Position numbers and translations under genes: made by a program. A DNA stretch of 64,000 nt from Amoebophrya sp. A120 (taxonomy: Eukaryota; Protista; Dinoflagellata), in NCBI GenBank assembly GCA_905178155.1, contig CAJINV010000003.1, forward strand, positions 6,939,612-7,003,611, read 5' to 3'. Shown here one piece after another: positions 30,001 to 40,194 of this stretch (positions are counted from its first letter, which is position 1; every line of letters starts with the position of its first letter). The notes beneath the pieces were generated by a model. It saw only the letters and a list, made by a program, of their open reading frames with translations, had not been told where the DNA came from and made no database searches.

Positions 30001-33000
30001 CTTGCACTGGCCGCCCCCCATCTCCTCGTATTCCTCCTGATGCCCGAAATAGCCGTACAACATAGTCTCGCCCGGCAGCTGCATCGAGTAGCAGGGCTCG
30101 CTGATAGCCACCTCCTCCTTCGATGGGTCGTAGATGGGGGCGGTGCACCGGCCGAGCGGCGAGCAGATTTCGTGGGGGGCGCAGTACCGGAGCTTGAGCA
30201 ACCCCGTGAGGCAGTCGGGGTCGGTCATGCCGCAGTTGCAGTCGCAAAACAGCCCGTCCATGTAGTTGTTCGGGGGGCAGACCCAAAGCGCGGGGTTGGA
30301 CACCGGAGGGAAGGGGGTCGTGGGGCGGGGTACCTGGAAGTTGAGCCGCTGGGAGCCGATCGAGGTGCCGCGCGTCACTTTGATGGCGGTGTTGTTCACG
30401 CGCGTGGTCACCAACATGCGCTCCACACCCATGTCCCCCGTCACCTGTACGAAGAAGGGAAAGGGCACGGTCCACAACGCGATCGGCGTGCGCAGCCGCA
30501 GCACCTTGTCCGCCTTCGCCGGCTTGTCCGCCATCACGTACGCCGGGTTGAAGAACTTCGTCTTGCCATCGCAGATGATGCCGGCCGCGGAGTACTGGAA
30601 GTTGTTCACGTAGGCCGCGAACAGCATCCAGTCGGTAAGCATGACCGGCACCCGCGCGTAGAACATCTGGACGACGTTGTCCTTCACGGAGGCCGAGATG
30701 TTGAAACCGGTGTCCACCCCGTACAGGACGCGGAGGTTTCGCTCAACGTTCACCTGGTACTTGCCGTAGGCCACGTTCTGCATGAACTCCTTCGCGGCCA
30801 CGGTGCCCCACCCGGAGGACAGGATCAGCATGTTGTCGAAGGAGGCCTTGCGCTTCCAGGTTCCCGTTTCCACGTTCGTGTACAGTTCGGGCGACCAAGT
30901 CCAGTTGGACGTAGTCAGCGTGGTCAGCATGGTCTTCCGTTGGTACTCGCGGTTGAACTTGAGTAGGTAGGGGCGCAGCGACTCGTACTGGTAGCGGTTC
31001 ACGAACCCGACCTGCAGCTGGCAGTTCTTCAGCGCGGACAGCTCGGTGCGGTCGAACCGCATGAAGCCCTGCGCATCGTGGTCGAAGAAAAACTCGTAGC
31101 TGCGAAACACTCCCAGATCGTTGTGCGCATATCGCAACGACTCGTCGAAGGCATGCGTGGTGGACGCCACTGCCATGTCGCGCAGATTGCGCGTCAGGTT
31201 GGCGAAGGGCGACTCCTGATCCGACCCTCCGTAGATGTACGAGTTGAAACTGATACTGGTGCTCTCCATCGCCCCGAACGCTACCGGAATGGGGAGGGTG
31301 TAGCTGGTCATCCCGAAGTGCATGCCCAACTTGTCCACCCAGGAAATTTTCGCGAGCGCGGACATGTCGTCCGCCTCGTAAAACTATCATACTGAAAAGC
31401 GCCCGCAACCTTGAATGTTGTATGAAGGTGGAACATTTAATTTTTGCCAAAGATTGTTGACACGTACGACGCATGGCTTTAGCCAGCTGCGCAGTCAATG
31501 TTGTTTATTCATACTGTAGTACAAAAATAATCCGCGACCTACAAAACCAAAGTTAGTAGGCGACGTCTGTCAGCTCCAAGTTGCAGGAACAACGTTGGAC
31601 TCCGAGTCAAAACTATGCGTCGTACTATTATACTTCCCTTCATGCAAAAATACAAAAAGCTTGAGTGTGCTGTAGGGTTTGAGATGCAAAGTGTTCTGTC
31701 TTCTGGTTGTGGGGCGCCCGCCCTTTTCAGTGCAATAAGAACTCGATCCGCTGTGTCCAGTCGAACGTGAGTGCGGGCACGTCCATGTAGGGCTTCTCCG
31801 GCATGATGCGCTCCGGGAAGCTGGAGTAGTACAGCTCGTTAAAGTGGCACCCCGGAAGGGGCTGCACCGTGTTGGGGTCAGCGTCCAGAAACGCTCCGCT
31901 GGAGAAGTTCAGCTGCGCATTCCGTTCTTCCATGCTCACACTGGTGCCCCGGTAGTTCGCGAGCCCGGGGCACACGTAGTCGAGGTTCAGCTGCACGTCC
32001 CCCCAGGGCTCCAAATTGGTACTGTCGGACGTGAGCAGGGAGGCGGAGTTCCAGCCGAACACGCAGACGAAAGCAAACAGCATGGCAGAGCACGCGGCGC
32101 CACAGAAGGTGGGGGGTAGGTCGGTTGCCTCGGTGTCGCCGGCGCGGTCCATGCGCCGCGCGTTCAGGTCTGTGTATTTGATTGCCCAGTTATGGAAGCG
32201 TCAGGTTTGAAATCGTCAAAGTTGAAATAATTTGTAATGCATAAAATGCGTGACCCGCGGTACGTGTGTTGCAGAGCAGGCAAGTGAGGCCTATTGTAAG
32301 CCTGTTTGGGGTTAAAGCTCGAGCTGCTAAAGTAGCATGAGAGAATCGCTCGTCTTTGCCTAAACAGCATGACAAACTGGATTTAGGGACCGCCGAAATT
32401 TGTCATGCGCCACTTGGAAACTGGGCTCCAACTGGCATCCATTTTATGCATGACAGATTATTTCAACTTTGTCGATTTCAACTCTGACACATCCATACCA
32501 GTGCGGTTCGTAGTATTCAATGTCGGTCCGCTGGATCTCGTCCTCCCAGGGCTCGTAACGCCCCAAATAGAGGTATCCTGAGTAAAAATGTACCCACGCC
32601 AGAGTTGTAATGCAGATTTGCAAAGACAGGAAGACTTGTGATGCGCATCCCCATGAGAGCCATTTCCAATCGTGTTTTGGAATTTGTGATGCTGTGAACA
32701 GGATGAGCAGATGAATCTGTGATGCGGCGGCACTTGCTAACCTGCACTACACTGCATAGCGCAACTTGTCATGCGTGACTCACAAAGCTCCTAGGTTTGT
32801 GTTGCAAAATCCCCATCCTGACTCTGGTGTGGGTACGTTTTTACTCAGGATAAGAGGTAATTCCACCGCCACCGCTCATCAGGAAACCGACCCGGGAGGG
32901 CGGGAATTTTTTCGATTTCTGGTTCCGCCTATCCGAGTGCACAACCCGCCCTCTCAACATCTCCCTTCGTTGGAAAAGTAAAAAGCTGGTCGTGGGCCAG

Positions 33001-34663
33001 CAACTACACATAGAAAAACCGGGAAAGTCCTAGCTTCTGTAAAGACGAGATTCTGCGTGCTTCGAAGAGTACTTACACGCAGGACCAGGAGCTTGGATGA
33101 TCCTAGTGCTGGTGTTTGTAGTGCGAGTGCTGCAGCAACAACACAACAACTTACACAACTTGTCAAGATGCAATACTCGCAAGGCCGCTCACTGCTAATA
33201 AACAAAGGCAGTTCTAATCCAATCATTTTACATCATGACAGCAAGAAATTAGTTCAGGTGTGGTCAGAAGGCAGCTTGTGTGCACTCTGATATCTCCGGC
33301 GGAACGTATTTCTCCCTGATCACGTTCCCGTCCTCGTCAAACTCCCGGCCTTTATCAAATGTAAAAGTGTCTGGGTCTGGAAGAACGCAACCTGTCATGC
33401 TAAATCTGAAGCATGCAAAAATCAGTGTTGCATGATTACCAAAAGTCGTCCAATTTTGACCAAGTCGCGAGGAAGTTTCTCATGCAGGATAGGCATGAGA
33501 GAGATCGCGCAGAATCTTCTGTCATGCTAGGTCCTGCATTCCAGACCTCATGGGTCATCGTCATGGAAAAGCTGCATGACAAATCGCGCACTCTTCCAGA
33601 CCCAGACATTTTTACATTTCATAGCCTTCAAGAACTTTCAATTCCGGTAGATAGGGTTTGCACTTATCCTGTGCAAAAGTATCGTACTTCTCGTAGTAAT
33701 CGCAATCATGCATTACAAACTTCCATCCCAAGGGAAAACAGCATGACAGATTCCATTTGTCATGCTGAACGAATTTGTGATGCGATTTCAACTAGTACGA
33801 TGCTTTTGCAATGCATAGCACTTGTCGCGCAGCAACTTTGTGACGCGCCCGTCGTTAAACGTCCGCTCGAGAATATGGAAGCGTCAGGTTTGAAATCGTC
33901 AAAGTTGAAATAATTTGTAATGCATAAAATGCATGACCCGAGGCGCGTGTGTTGCAGAGCAGGCAAGTAAGGCCGACTGTAAGCCTGTTTGGGGTGACAG
34001 CTCGAGCTGCTAAAGGAGCACGAGAAAATCGCTCTTCTTTGCCTAAACAGCATGACAGACTGGATTTAGGGACCGCCGAAATTTGTCATGCGCCACTTGA
34101 AAACTGGGCTCCAACTAGCATCCATTTTATGCATGACAAATTATTTCAACTTTGTCGATTTCAACTCTGACACATCCATAGAGAACGACCAAGATCACGA
34201 GCATCAGAAGGACGAGCACGAAGATGAAGTATCCTATTTAAAAACGTCCCCACCCCATAGTTGTAATGCAAATCTGCATGCGGAAAATGTTTCTCATGTG
34301 GAGCCCCATGAGAAGCATTTTCCAATCGTGTTTTTCAATTTGTCATGCTCCAATCAGCATGGTATGCTAGATCTGTGATGCTGCTGAGCTAGCTCAAACA
34401 GCACTACACTACGAATCCAAATTTGTCATGCAAAACAGCCAAAACTTGTGGATTTGTCTAGCCGATTCCCCATCTTGACTCTGGTGTGGGTACGTTTTTA
34501 CTCAGGATATGAAGAACCCCGTGCTTACCATGCACAGGAATAACGTGAGTCCCGCAACTAGCAGGAACACCAACCGCGCATTTCGAAGACACCACTGAAC
34601 GAGCCGGTCCTTCCATCCGGGGCGGATGAACGTCCCCTTCGGAGGCGCGAGAAGATCCACCAT
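1..34663 (-). CDS. Giant multi-exon membrane-anchored adhesin-like protein (>=9,144 aa, 3' end beyond window); 23 exons separated by 22 TIR introners
   Basis: ATG at 34663 in AAAATG context with an in-frame stop upstream. Begins MVDLLAPPKG, followed by a long hydrophobic segment (LVFLLVAGLTLFLCMVSTGFFIFVLVLLMLVILVVL). Removing each of the 22 elements plus one 5-bp DR joins the long track ORFs in frame (e.g. LRC|VHAD, NNF|CATD, EV|WVGD, EM|IAMC, SL|MRQS, TF|GAEV). The 27,432 remaining nt equal 9,144 codons, open to base 1. Motifs recognised by eye: PAN/apple (CAAACTRSRSCNYF, CAVRCNNKADCEAYEF), two LamG/ConA-like domains, a fucolectin-like domain (DCGGAVGQIITV...LTFYEVEVW), WSC (YVGCY...CGGAWAISVY), C..C...ECC repeats and CDCNCG..D.DC motifs. 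Confidence 0.85.
995..1606. mobile_element. Introner family A (TIR intron), internally expanded
   Basis: TATGCATTGCAAATATGTCTGG ... CCAGACATGTTTGCATTTGATA; perfect DR ctcta; removal gives HFTR|AEDY in frame. Confidence 0.9.
1164..1233. repeat. 35-bp tandem duplication inside introner
   Basis: gtggcg(c/t)tagaacagatttagcctctgccaatgcc x2. Confidence 0.95.
2210..2799. mobile_element. Degenerate introner (singleton)
   Basis: TATGAAAGTGCGCA vs reverse-complemented end TATGAGAGTGCGCA; DR decayed (ccggt/caagc); removal gives DCL|RAAS in frame. Confidence 0.8.
3192..3510. mobile_element. Introner family B (orientation 1)
   Basis: TATGGAAGTGTCAGGATCGAAATCG ... CGATTTCGGTCCTGACGCTTCCATA; perfect DR gcatc; LRC|VHAD. 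Confidence 0.92.
7527..7790. mobile_element. Degenerate introner (family C-like ends)
   Basis: TATCCAAGGAAAAAAAAATG ... CATTTTTTTCGCGCGATA; DR actcg/acttt; PES|CSLS in frame. Confidence 0.8.
7880..8149. mobile_element. Introner (family C-like ends)
   Basis: TATCCAAGAAAAAA ... TTTTTTCTTGGATA; perfect DR gaagt; NNF|CATD. Confidence 0.88.
9396..9441 (-). repeat. 21-bp coding tandem repeat (GGGMEGM x2)
   Basis: cacccattccctccatcccac duplicated. Confidence 0.8.
10073..10560. mobile_element. Degenerate introner (singleton)
   Basis: TATAGAGGGG..TAAGTGAATGCCCTT vs reverse-complemented end TATGGAGGAGG..TAAGTGAGTGTCCTT; DR gactg/aactg; TRQ|SAPG in frame. Confidence 0.82.
11326..11683. mobile_element. 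Introner family A (degenerate), splits a LamG-like domain
   Basis: TATGCATTGCAAATATGTCTG ... CAGACATATTTGCGTTTGGTA; DR ctgcg/cggcg; GAPA|GAPAESVHGQ. Confidence 0.85.
12262..12426. mobile_element. Introner family F
   Basis: TATGCACTGCAAAAGTATCG ... CGATACGTTTGCAATGCATA; perfect DR tgtgt; GEH|SYQD. Confidence 0.9.
14748..15023. mobile_element. Introner family A (opposite orientation to the 24473 and 33353 copies)
   Basis: TATCAAATGCAAATATGTCTG ... CAGACATATTTGCAATGCATA; perfect DR aaacc; IEV|WVGD. Confidence 0.92.
19889..20228 (-). repeat. 42-bp coding tandem repeat (PGPAPDAAAGDGGT, ~7 copies)
   Basis: Unit cacctgcagctgcgtccggagccggtcctggggtacctccat, visible in DNA and in ORF 14968..21084. 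Confidence 0.95.
21041..21338. mobile_element. Introner with short TIR
   Basis: TATCCCAAG ... CTTAGGATA; perfect DR tgcga; TSR|TLHA. Confidence 0.85.
21676..21982. mobile_element. Degenerate introner (singleton)
   Basis: TATCACAC...CTAGCATAT at both ends (inverted); DR tcgtt/tcttc; GGRLPYAE|ELCE in frame. Confidence 0.82.
22465..22850 (-). repeat. 15-bp coding tandem repeat (GAGAS/GAGAA, roughly 25 units)
   Basis: cctgctcctgaagct / cctgcccctgacgcc arrays. Confidence 0.95.
24473..24740. mobile_element. Introner family A
   Basis: TATCAAATGCAAATATG ... CATATTTGCACTGGATA; perfect DR tcatc; PEM|IAMC. Confidence 0.92.
26193..26473. mobile_element. Introner family D
   Basis: ~46-bp TIR TATGGCGTTCTCAAATGTTACAT...; perfect DR caacg; TSL|MRQS. 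Confidence 0.93.
29447..29758. mobile_element. Introner family B (orientation 2)
   Basis: TATGGAAGCGTCAGGATCGAAATTGACAAAGTTGAAA TIR; perfect DR aaggt; RTF|GAEV. Confidence 0.92.
31385..31737. mobile_element. Degenerate introner (singleton)
   Basis: TATCATACTGAAAAG vs reverse-complemented end TATTGCACTGAAAAG; DR aaaac/agaac; IEF|YEADDM. Confidence 0.85.
32191..32497. mobile_element. Introner family B (orientation 2)
   Basis: TATGGAAGCGTCAGG ... CTGACACATCCATA; perfect DR ccagt; EPHW|AIKY. Confidence 0.93.
32574..32852. mobile_element. Introner family E
   Basis: 32-bp TIR TATCCTGAGTAAAAATGTACCCACGCCAGAGT; perfect DR agagg; WNYL|YLGR. Confidence 0.93.
32930..33292. mobile_element. Degenerate introner (singleton)
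   Basis: TATCCGAGTGCACA vs reverse-complemented end TATCAGAGTGCACA; DR ccgcc/tctcc; frame preserved (VPPE|KPEIEK). Confidence 0.85.
33353..33623. mobile_element. Introner family A
   Basis: TATCAAATGTAAAAGTGTCTGGGTCTGGAAGA TIR; perfect DR gcctt; LEG|REFD. Confidence 0.93.
33665..33817. mobile_element. Introner family F
   Basis: TGCAAAAG(T/C)ATCGTACT inverted at both ends; perfect DR gcact; DKC|KPYL. Confidence 0.9.
33874..34180. mobile_element. Introner family B (orientation 2), near-identical to 32191-32497
   Basis: Same TIRs and 307-bp length; perfect DR gagaa; VVL|ERTF. Confidence 0.93.
34230..34509. mobile_element. Introner family E, splits the N-terminal hydrophobic segment
   Basis: Homologous to 32574-32852; perfect DR tgaag; TGFF|IFVL. 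Confidence 0.92.
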
Positions 34664-37041
34664 TTTCTTATCCCGTCTGCTTCCTCGACGTCGCTCTTTC
34701 CCGACTTTTGCCGAAGCTCAGCTGGCTTTTAGGTCTCGACGCTTGTAGTAGAGGTGGACCTGGTACAACAACTTCTACAACCCGCGCGGCGGGCTGATGC
34801 CGCGAGGTGGCGCAGGTTCAGAGCAGAGGGTGCCATGGTACAAAGGTAGGGGTGGGGCATATTTCAACATCAGATAGAAAAACTTGAAAATAGTGTTACT
34901 GTAGTGTCACATAGTACAGATGATAAAAAGTGCGACCACGATAAACGTCACGATAGGTCGATAAAAAATGCCAATGTTTTCAAGTTCGGTGAAACAATGT
35001 CAGCAAGTGCCAGAGGGGCACGTGACCCGAGGTATCTTTAGTACCAACAAGAAATTTCTGCAACTCCATGAGCTTCATCATATTTTTCTTGGAAGAACTT
35101 ATTCTGAAATTTGTATACTACAAGAGATCAAAAATTACGCATTTCTGCCTCTGACTTTAATGGATATAGAACTTTATTTAGAGTTTACTACCAATAAGAG
35201 ACGAACGGGGGGAACTACAGGGAAGAGGGGAAGATATCATCAAGACCGCGAAACAACGAAACAGACGACAAATGACGACACTACACGAAATGAACGAGCT
35301 TTGCTTTGAATTTGAAGATGTATACAAAATATTGAAAATGTCTCTGCCGACGCTTATTTTTCTCGTCAACCTAGCCCACAACTACTACGTAAGATAGGTA
35401 CAATCCACGAGCAGGTGCGAGCCTCATAGACATACGGAGTTGTTGAATAAATATAAGATCAATGATGTACATGTAGATCGCCGCTTGGCTCACACTCTAC
35501 GTCTACTACATAAGATGTTGAAAATATAAAGAGGTGGATGAAATAAATGAAAAATTGAAAAGAATCGGATGTTGATGAAATTTCTCTAAAAATGTGGGGC
35601 TTTCCCATGAGGAGAGCACGAGTCTCATGAGGACACTGTTTTGATTGATATTAGCAGTCCAACAATCGTTCAGATGCAACTACGTATCCGGCGAAGTTTA
35701 CTAGATTACTGTGACGCGTTGCTTTTGCGATCGCGCGTGCAGGTAGAGATAGCACCGTCTTTGTTTTTTTAAAACCGAATCATAGTTTTTTCTCAGGCCG
35801 GTATGATTGATTCTGGTCCTAATGGTAGTGTTCTTGCTGTAATAGAGTCATCTTCTATAAATTTGCTGTCGAGACCTTATTCCCCTTGACCAATAAAACC
35901 ATCCCCCTGAAAAAAAGAGCTTGCTATCAGGAGTAATTCCAACCAAGATCACGAATATGTGGAAAGCCATAAAGGGGCTCTTATAGACACCGAGGAAGAG
36001 CTGGGGAATTAATATGTAAATCTAAAGGACTCTCATGCAACGGACTCTATCACTAACTCAAGGGCATATAGTACAAGAATCGATTCGTTAAGGGGTTGTG
36101 GCGTAACCATTCAATATTTCTCTTGGTGATGCACTACTTCATCGGCATCGCGCCGTAAATTGTGGAGTCTTCCAACGCCTAGGCCGCTACCAGTCGTATT
36201 CATCGTAGAAGTCGTAATGCTCGAAAATAAAAATGCTCAATGGCGTTTTGCAAGCACGACGTTAATACTGGTCGTTTAGAAGTATGACATGCGCGCACAG
36301 ATTCTGCGGTCAACCGATTCAGGCTCTCTTCTAAATGATGTCACGCGGATGGTGTACTTCGACAGGTAAGTAGTAGATCAAACAGCCTGACAGCGGCGTG
36401 CTCTTCTATGCATCATTGCCACTCGACGTCTAATCGTAGCATGAGTGCTGGCGCGCCAATATTTTCATCTAACCGAAGAAAACACAATTCTGTGACCGAG
36501 ATTCGACTTTTGTCGCAGCCGAAGGTGCGAAATCAAGAACACATTCGATGCTGTTCTCTTCTTTTTATTTGTTACAACTGAGATCATGAAGCAATAGCAG
36601 ACGCAGCAGAGCCGCGCCACCAGATGGTGTGTTGTCCTATTGGTTTTTCTTAAAATGCCGCACTGGAGGAAATAATTGCACATGTACCTATAGCCAACTC
36701 ATAGCGGCACAATCGCTTCACTTGTAGGATTGATCTTCACGTCGAGCGCAAAGAAATTAGGCATGTTCTCGTTACCTTTTCTTCCTTCGTCTGTGTTATT
36801 GATTCCGAGATAAAACTGTTGCACTTCGCTAGACCGCATTCTCATTGTTGTCAAATTCACTTTATGTTGTGGTGCGTCGTAGAAGTTTCTTTGTCTCGTC
36901 CTCCTCATCCTCAGGCTCAGCTTCATCGTCGCGACTAGTTAATAGCTGTAAGCTGCAGGTGCTGCCCTCTCATCTTCAAGGATCGCATTCTTTCATCATG
37001 ATTATTTTCCCAACATGATATTACCATCAAGTAGTTTGGAA

Positions 37042-37266
37042 CTACAGGAGCAGAGGGTTGACAGAGGCGATGAGCATCCCCAGTGACAAGTCTCCGGTGT
37101 AGTGGAGGCCGCCTAGGGTGAGCGCAGGGAGGAAACCGTAGTGAAAAACCGTGTGGGCGCCGCCTTCCCACAGGGTGTAGATGCGGTTCGTCGCGCGAGC
37201 AAGCCCAGTCAGCACGGACTGCGTCGCGTCGGCCCTGTAAACATTCATCAGCAGCTGCGCAGACAT
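37042..37266 (-). CDS. TOM7: Mitochondrial import receptor subunit Tom7-like
   Basis: 74 aa; AAAATG start; motif TVFHYGFLPALTLGG resembles the Tom7 signature (VFHWGFIPLVIYLG) and is followed by a short tail ending NPLLL. Confidence 0.65.
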   Translation of the reverse strand: MSAQLLMNVYRADATQSVLTGLARATNRIYTLWEGGAHTVFHYGFLPALTLGGLHYTGDLSLGMLIASVNPLLL

Positions 37267-37610
37267 TTTGAAAACGATGGATGCGACACCTTTGCGATTT
37301 GGATTTCACGGAATTTCAAGAGGTTTGCTGTTTTGCTAGTTCTGTTGAAATTTCTTTCTCTGCGTCTGCCTGCTAGTGTTGTATTCGATATGTCGCGACA
37401 TACAAGATGGAACTCGCGCACTGCTCACCCAATCAAAAAAGGAAATGCTGGAGATGGACGAGCGAGAAGTCGTGCCGTATGGCAGAAATAGAGCTGAAGC
37501 CTATAGCAAATAGAGCAGAGATTTAAGATTTTATTTTTATACCGCAAAGCTACTGCTTCTTTGTCTTTGCCAGCACGCGGCAACGTTCAAATCGATAAGC
37601 TAAGTAACCT

Positions 37611-39059
37611 TCTGAGAAAAAATGAGGCACGGAGGTACGTAGGATATGATCTTCCACCTTTCTGTTACGCCAGCGAAATCTGTCAACAAGACCCGATTTT
37701 CAACAAAACGAAAAAATTTTTTTTGTATCAGGCGAACGGGGCAGCCCGGCCCGAAAAAGTTTCTAGCATTCGCCACCGCTACGAGGCGCGCTAGCTTTTT
37801 CCGGCCTCGCTGACTTATGAAAAAGTGCGCGCGCGCTAGCTGGTGGCGCGGGGCAGCTAGATTGCTTGTGGCCGTGCGTGTGGCTTCACCATTGCCGCCC
37901 CGGGTCAGAAACATACCCAACCGGCGATCGCAGGCCATCAGCTGCGATTGCCGGAAGCCCTCATGAACGACCACCAGAACCCAGGGGCGCAGGCGTTTTA
38001 GCTGTCTGGCCTCCCGTTTTGCAGCGCTGTTTCGCCTCGCCGAAGGCTCACGCCCTGTGCTTCGCTGGGGGCTTCCATATGAACCTGCCAGGCGCGGAAG
38101 GCTCGGAAGCGGCCACCCTGCCACCTGCGGTGGGGCCCTCCCAAAAATCGAAACGGCACGCGCCAGCGCCGCCCATCTCGGGCGAGGCTTTGGCGGCGCA
38201 TGCGGCGGGCCCGGCCATGTAGCGGCCCGCGGGCCAACCCGCGGCAAAGATTCGCTGCGCGGGAGCCCGACAGATAGTTTCCATCCGGCAGGCGGGCGAA
38301 GGGCCGGGCGGCCGGCCGGCCGGGCCGTCCCTTGACCCCGGCCCTTGACCCCGGAGTTCGACGTGATTTTCCCGGGATTTTGAAGCCCGAAAATGACCCA
38401 AAAATGGCCGCCAAATCGACCGAGATAGCCCCTTAAAGTTTTTGATCAACAAGACAGGGAAAATGGCCGCGCGTCGACCCCGGTTGTTGACGTGAGTGCT
38501 CGGAAAGGCCCGGCCGTGTCGCCGAGGCCTCTCGGAGAAGGCATCCCGAGCCGGATCGCGGTTGCCTGGCTTCGTGGGTTGCGTGGGTGTGGGGTGGCAT
38601 CGGGCACGCAGCTGGCTGCCCGGCGCGGCTGTGCCGCCCCTCGATGCGAAAGCGGAAGCGTAGTGGGCGCAGTTGGGCGGCCCGCATTCGCCGGCCGCGC
38701 CAGGTTTCGGAAGGGGAGTGAGGGGCGGGGGGAAGGGTTTTTGCCTTGGGAGGGTTCCCAACCCGGCCCGCGTCGCAACCGCAACGAGCTGCAGAAAAAG
38801 CGCAAGCGGGGCAAAGGAAGCCAAAGCACAGCTGTGCGCCCAAAGGTAGCTGCGCTGCGCATGCCCCAGCCCAAGGCCCCGAAGGTGGGAGATGGGTCCT
38901 GCGCCGCTATGAGGCTTCATGACTTGCACGGCCGGCGTGGTACACGAAGCACACGAAGTGCTTGAGGTGGAAGCGGTTCGACGCTTGTCGTGCGCAACTA
39001 GAGTCTGAGAAAAAATGAGGCACGGAGGTACGTAGGATATGATCTTCCACCTTTCTGTT
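37611..39059. mobile_element. 1,337-bp GC-rich insert (37667-39003) flanked by a perfect 56-bp direct repeat
   Basis: tctgagaaaaaatgaggcacggaggtacgtaggatatgatcttccacctttctgtt at 37611-37666 and 39004-39059; interior much more GC-rich than flanks, no credible ORF, no TIR seen. Confidence 0.6.
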
Positions 39060-40194
39060 CCTGCAATACAAGCGGGATGATGTTGAAGTTGATGAAAGTT
39101 TACAACACTTGACCTCGTTGCAGAATGGCAAATAACAGTGTCGCTGCTCAAAGAAGGAAAAGAAAAAGAAATTTTCGATCGCTGTGGTCGTGAATGTGTG
39201 GCAGATATTGGTATTGCTACGTGAGGGAAGGGCAACAAAAAAGAACAAAGAGCGCCCTATCTTTTCTATTTCTTCTGTCAAGAAAATGCCGACTTGACGC
39301 GATTATGTTTCAATCTATATGATCTTCGACTGCAAATGTTTTTTTACACGCCAAGCTGGCATCAGCTAACAAGTAATGGTCATACAACTCTCGCGACGTC
39401 GCTGCGCAGAATTCATGACTCTAATTTTGCTGCTAGTTGTTGAGAGGTACATCGTATAGGCTAGTCCGCGCAGTGGTACTACAATAACAAATGTTTGCAT
39501 CGATGCCGACCGACGTATCCTAACCGTGGGCTCGTTCAGAAGCTTCTTCTTTCACCACCGGTCCTTCGGACAGTAGGCCCAGCCTCCTGCTTGTCCACGT
39601 GCACGTGCACGTAGGCCTCTCCTCCTACTGCTTCCTGAAAAAAAATAATAGCTGCAAAGGATAACCGTCGCCAATTTGCTGGCGACTAGCCTACTTTACG
39701 ACGCACAGTGGCCAAGGTTTCTACGTGCTTTCTTTTGATAGGGGCTCTTTACTGCATTTGAACTGTCGGAGTCACGCGCACAAGAGAATATGGAACCGTA
39801 ATATGGAAGATGAGTGCTGCTGCTGCATGTGCATTCTCGACACAGCTTCGGGAAAGTAGAGAAAGCTACACATTCTTGGTCAATCAACGGCCTGTCGAGC
39901 GTGTATAAACGTCTCTGCGTTTTTATCTTCAACGGAGTTTTCAAGCTATCTCCAAAATCGGAACCAGAAATCTGATTGCATGCATCAGGTTTAGGTTTAT
40001 TTACTTTCACATCTACCTTTCAGTTTCACTCTTCACTAACACCATTGAAAATGAAACTCGCAGAAGAAGAGAACTTGATGGGGTGGATTCATCGCGCAGA
40101 CAGGAGATAGCAGGACAAGTCCTGCAGCCTCAGTCTTATGCACGTACTCGATCGACATTTCTTTCCCAGCCAGGTCTTGTTTTAAAAAAATCAG

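Noticed and set aside
135-31395. Numerous plus-strand ORFs (e.g. 4435..5736, 26714..27664, 29830..30966)
   Set aside because: Antisense shadows of the GC-rich minus-strand CDS; no recognisable motifs
32164-34378. Recurrent short ORFs such as ...ILCITNYFNFDDFKPDASI and ...ANMSGSG
   Set aside because: Translations of repeated introner sequence, not genes; no transposase motif seen
32191-34509. Repeats alternating with short unique spacers, superficially CRISPR-like
   Set aside because: Repeats are 150-360 bp from different families, spacers are in-frame exons, and there are no cas genes
34700-37000. AT-rich stretch with short ORFs; checked for tRNA/snRNA
   Set aside because: No recognisable RNA gene or protein motif by eye; treated as intergenic
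38940-39003. Hairpin followed by CTAG, suggesting a Helitron 3' end
   Set aside because: The next base is A rather than T, no 5' TC end is evident, and Helitrons make no target duplication whereas a 56-bp DR is present
38048-39238. 396-aa and overlapping ORFs in the GC-rich insert
   Set aside because: Open in several frames on both strands owing to GC content; low-information P/R/A/G composition
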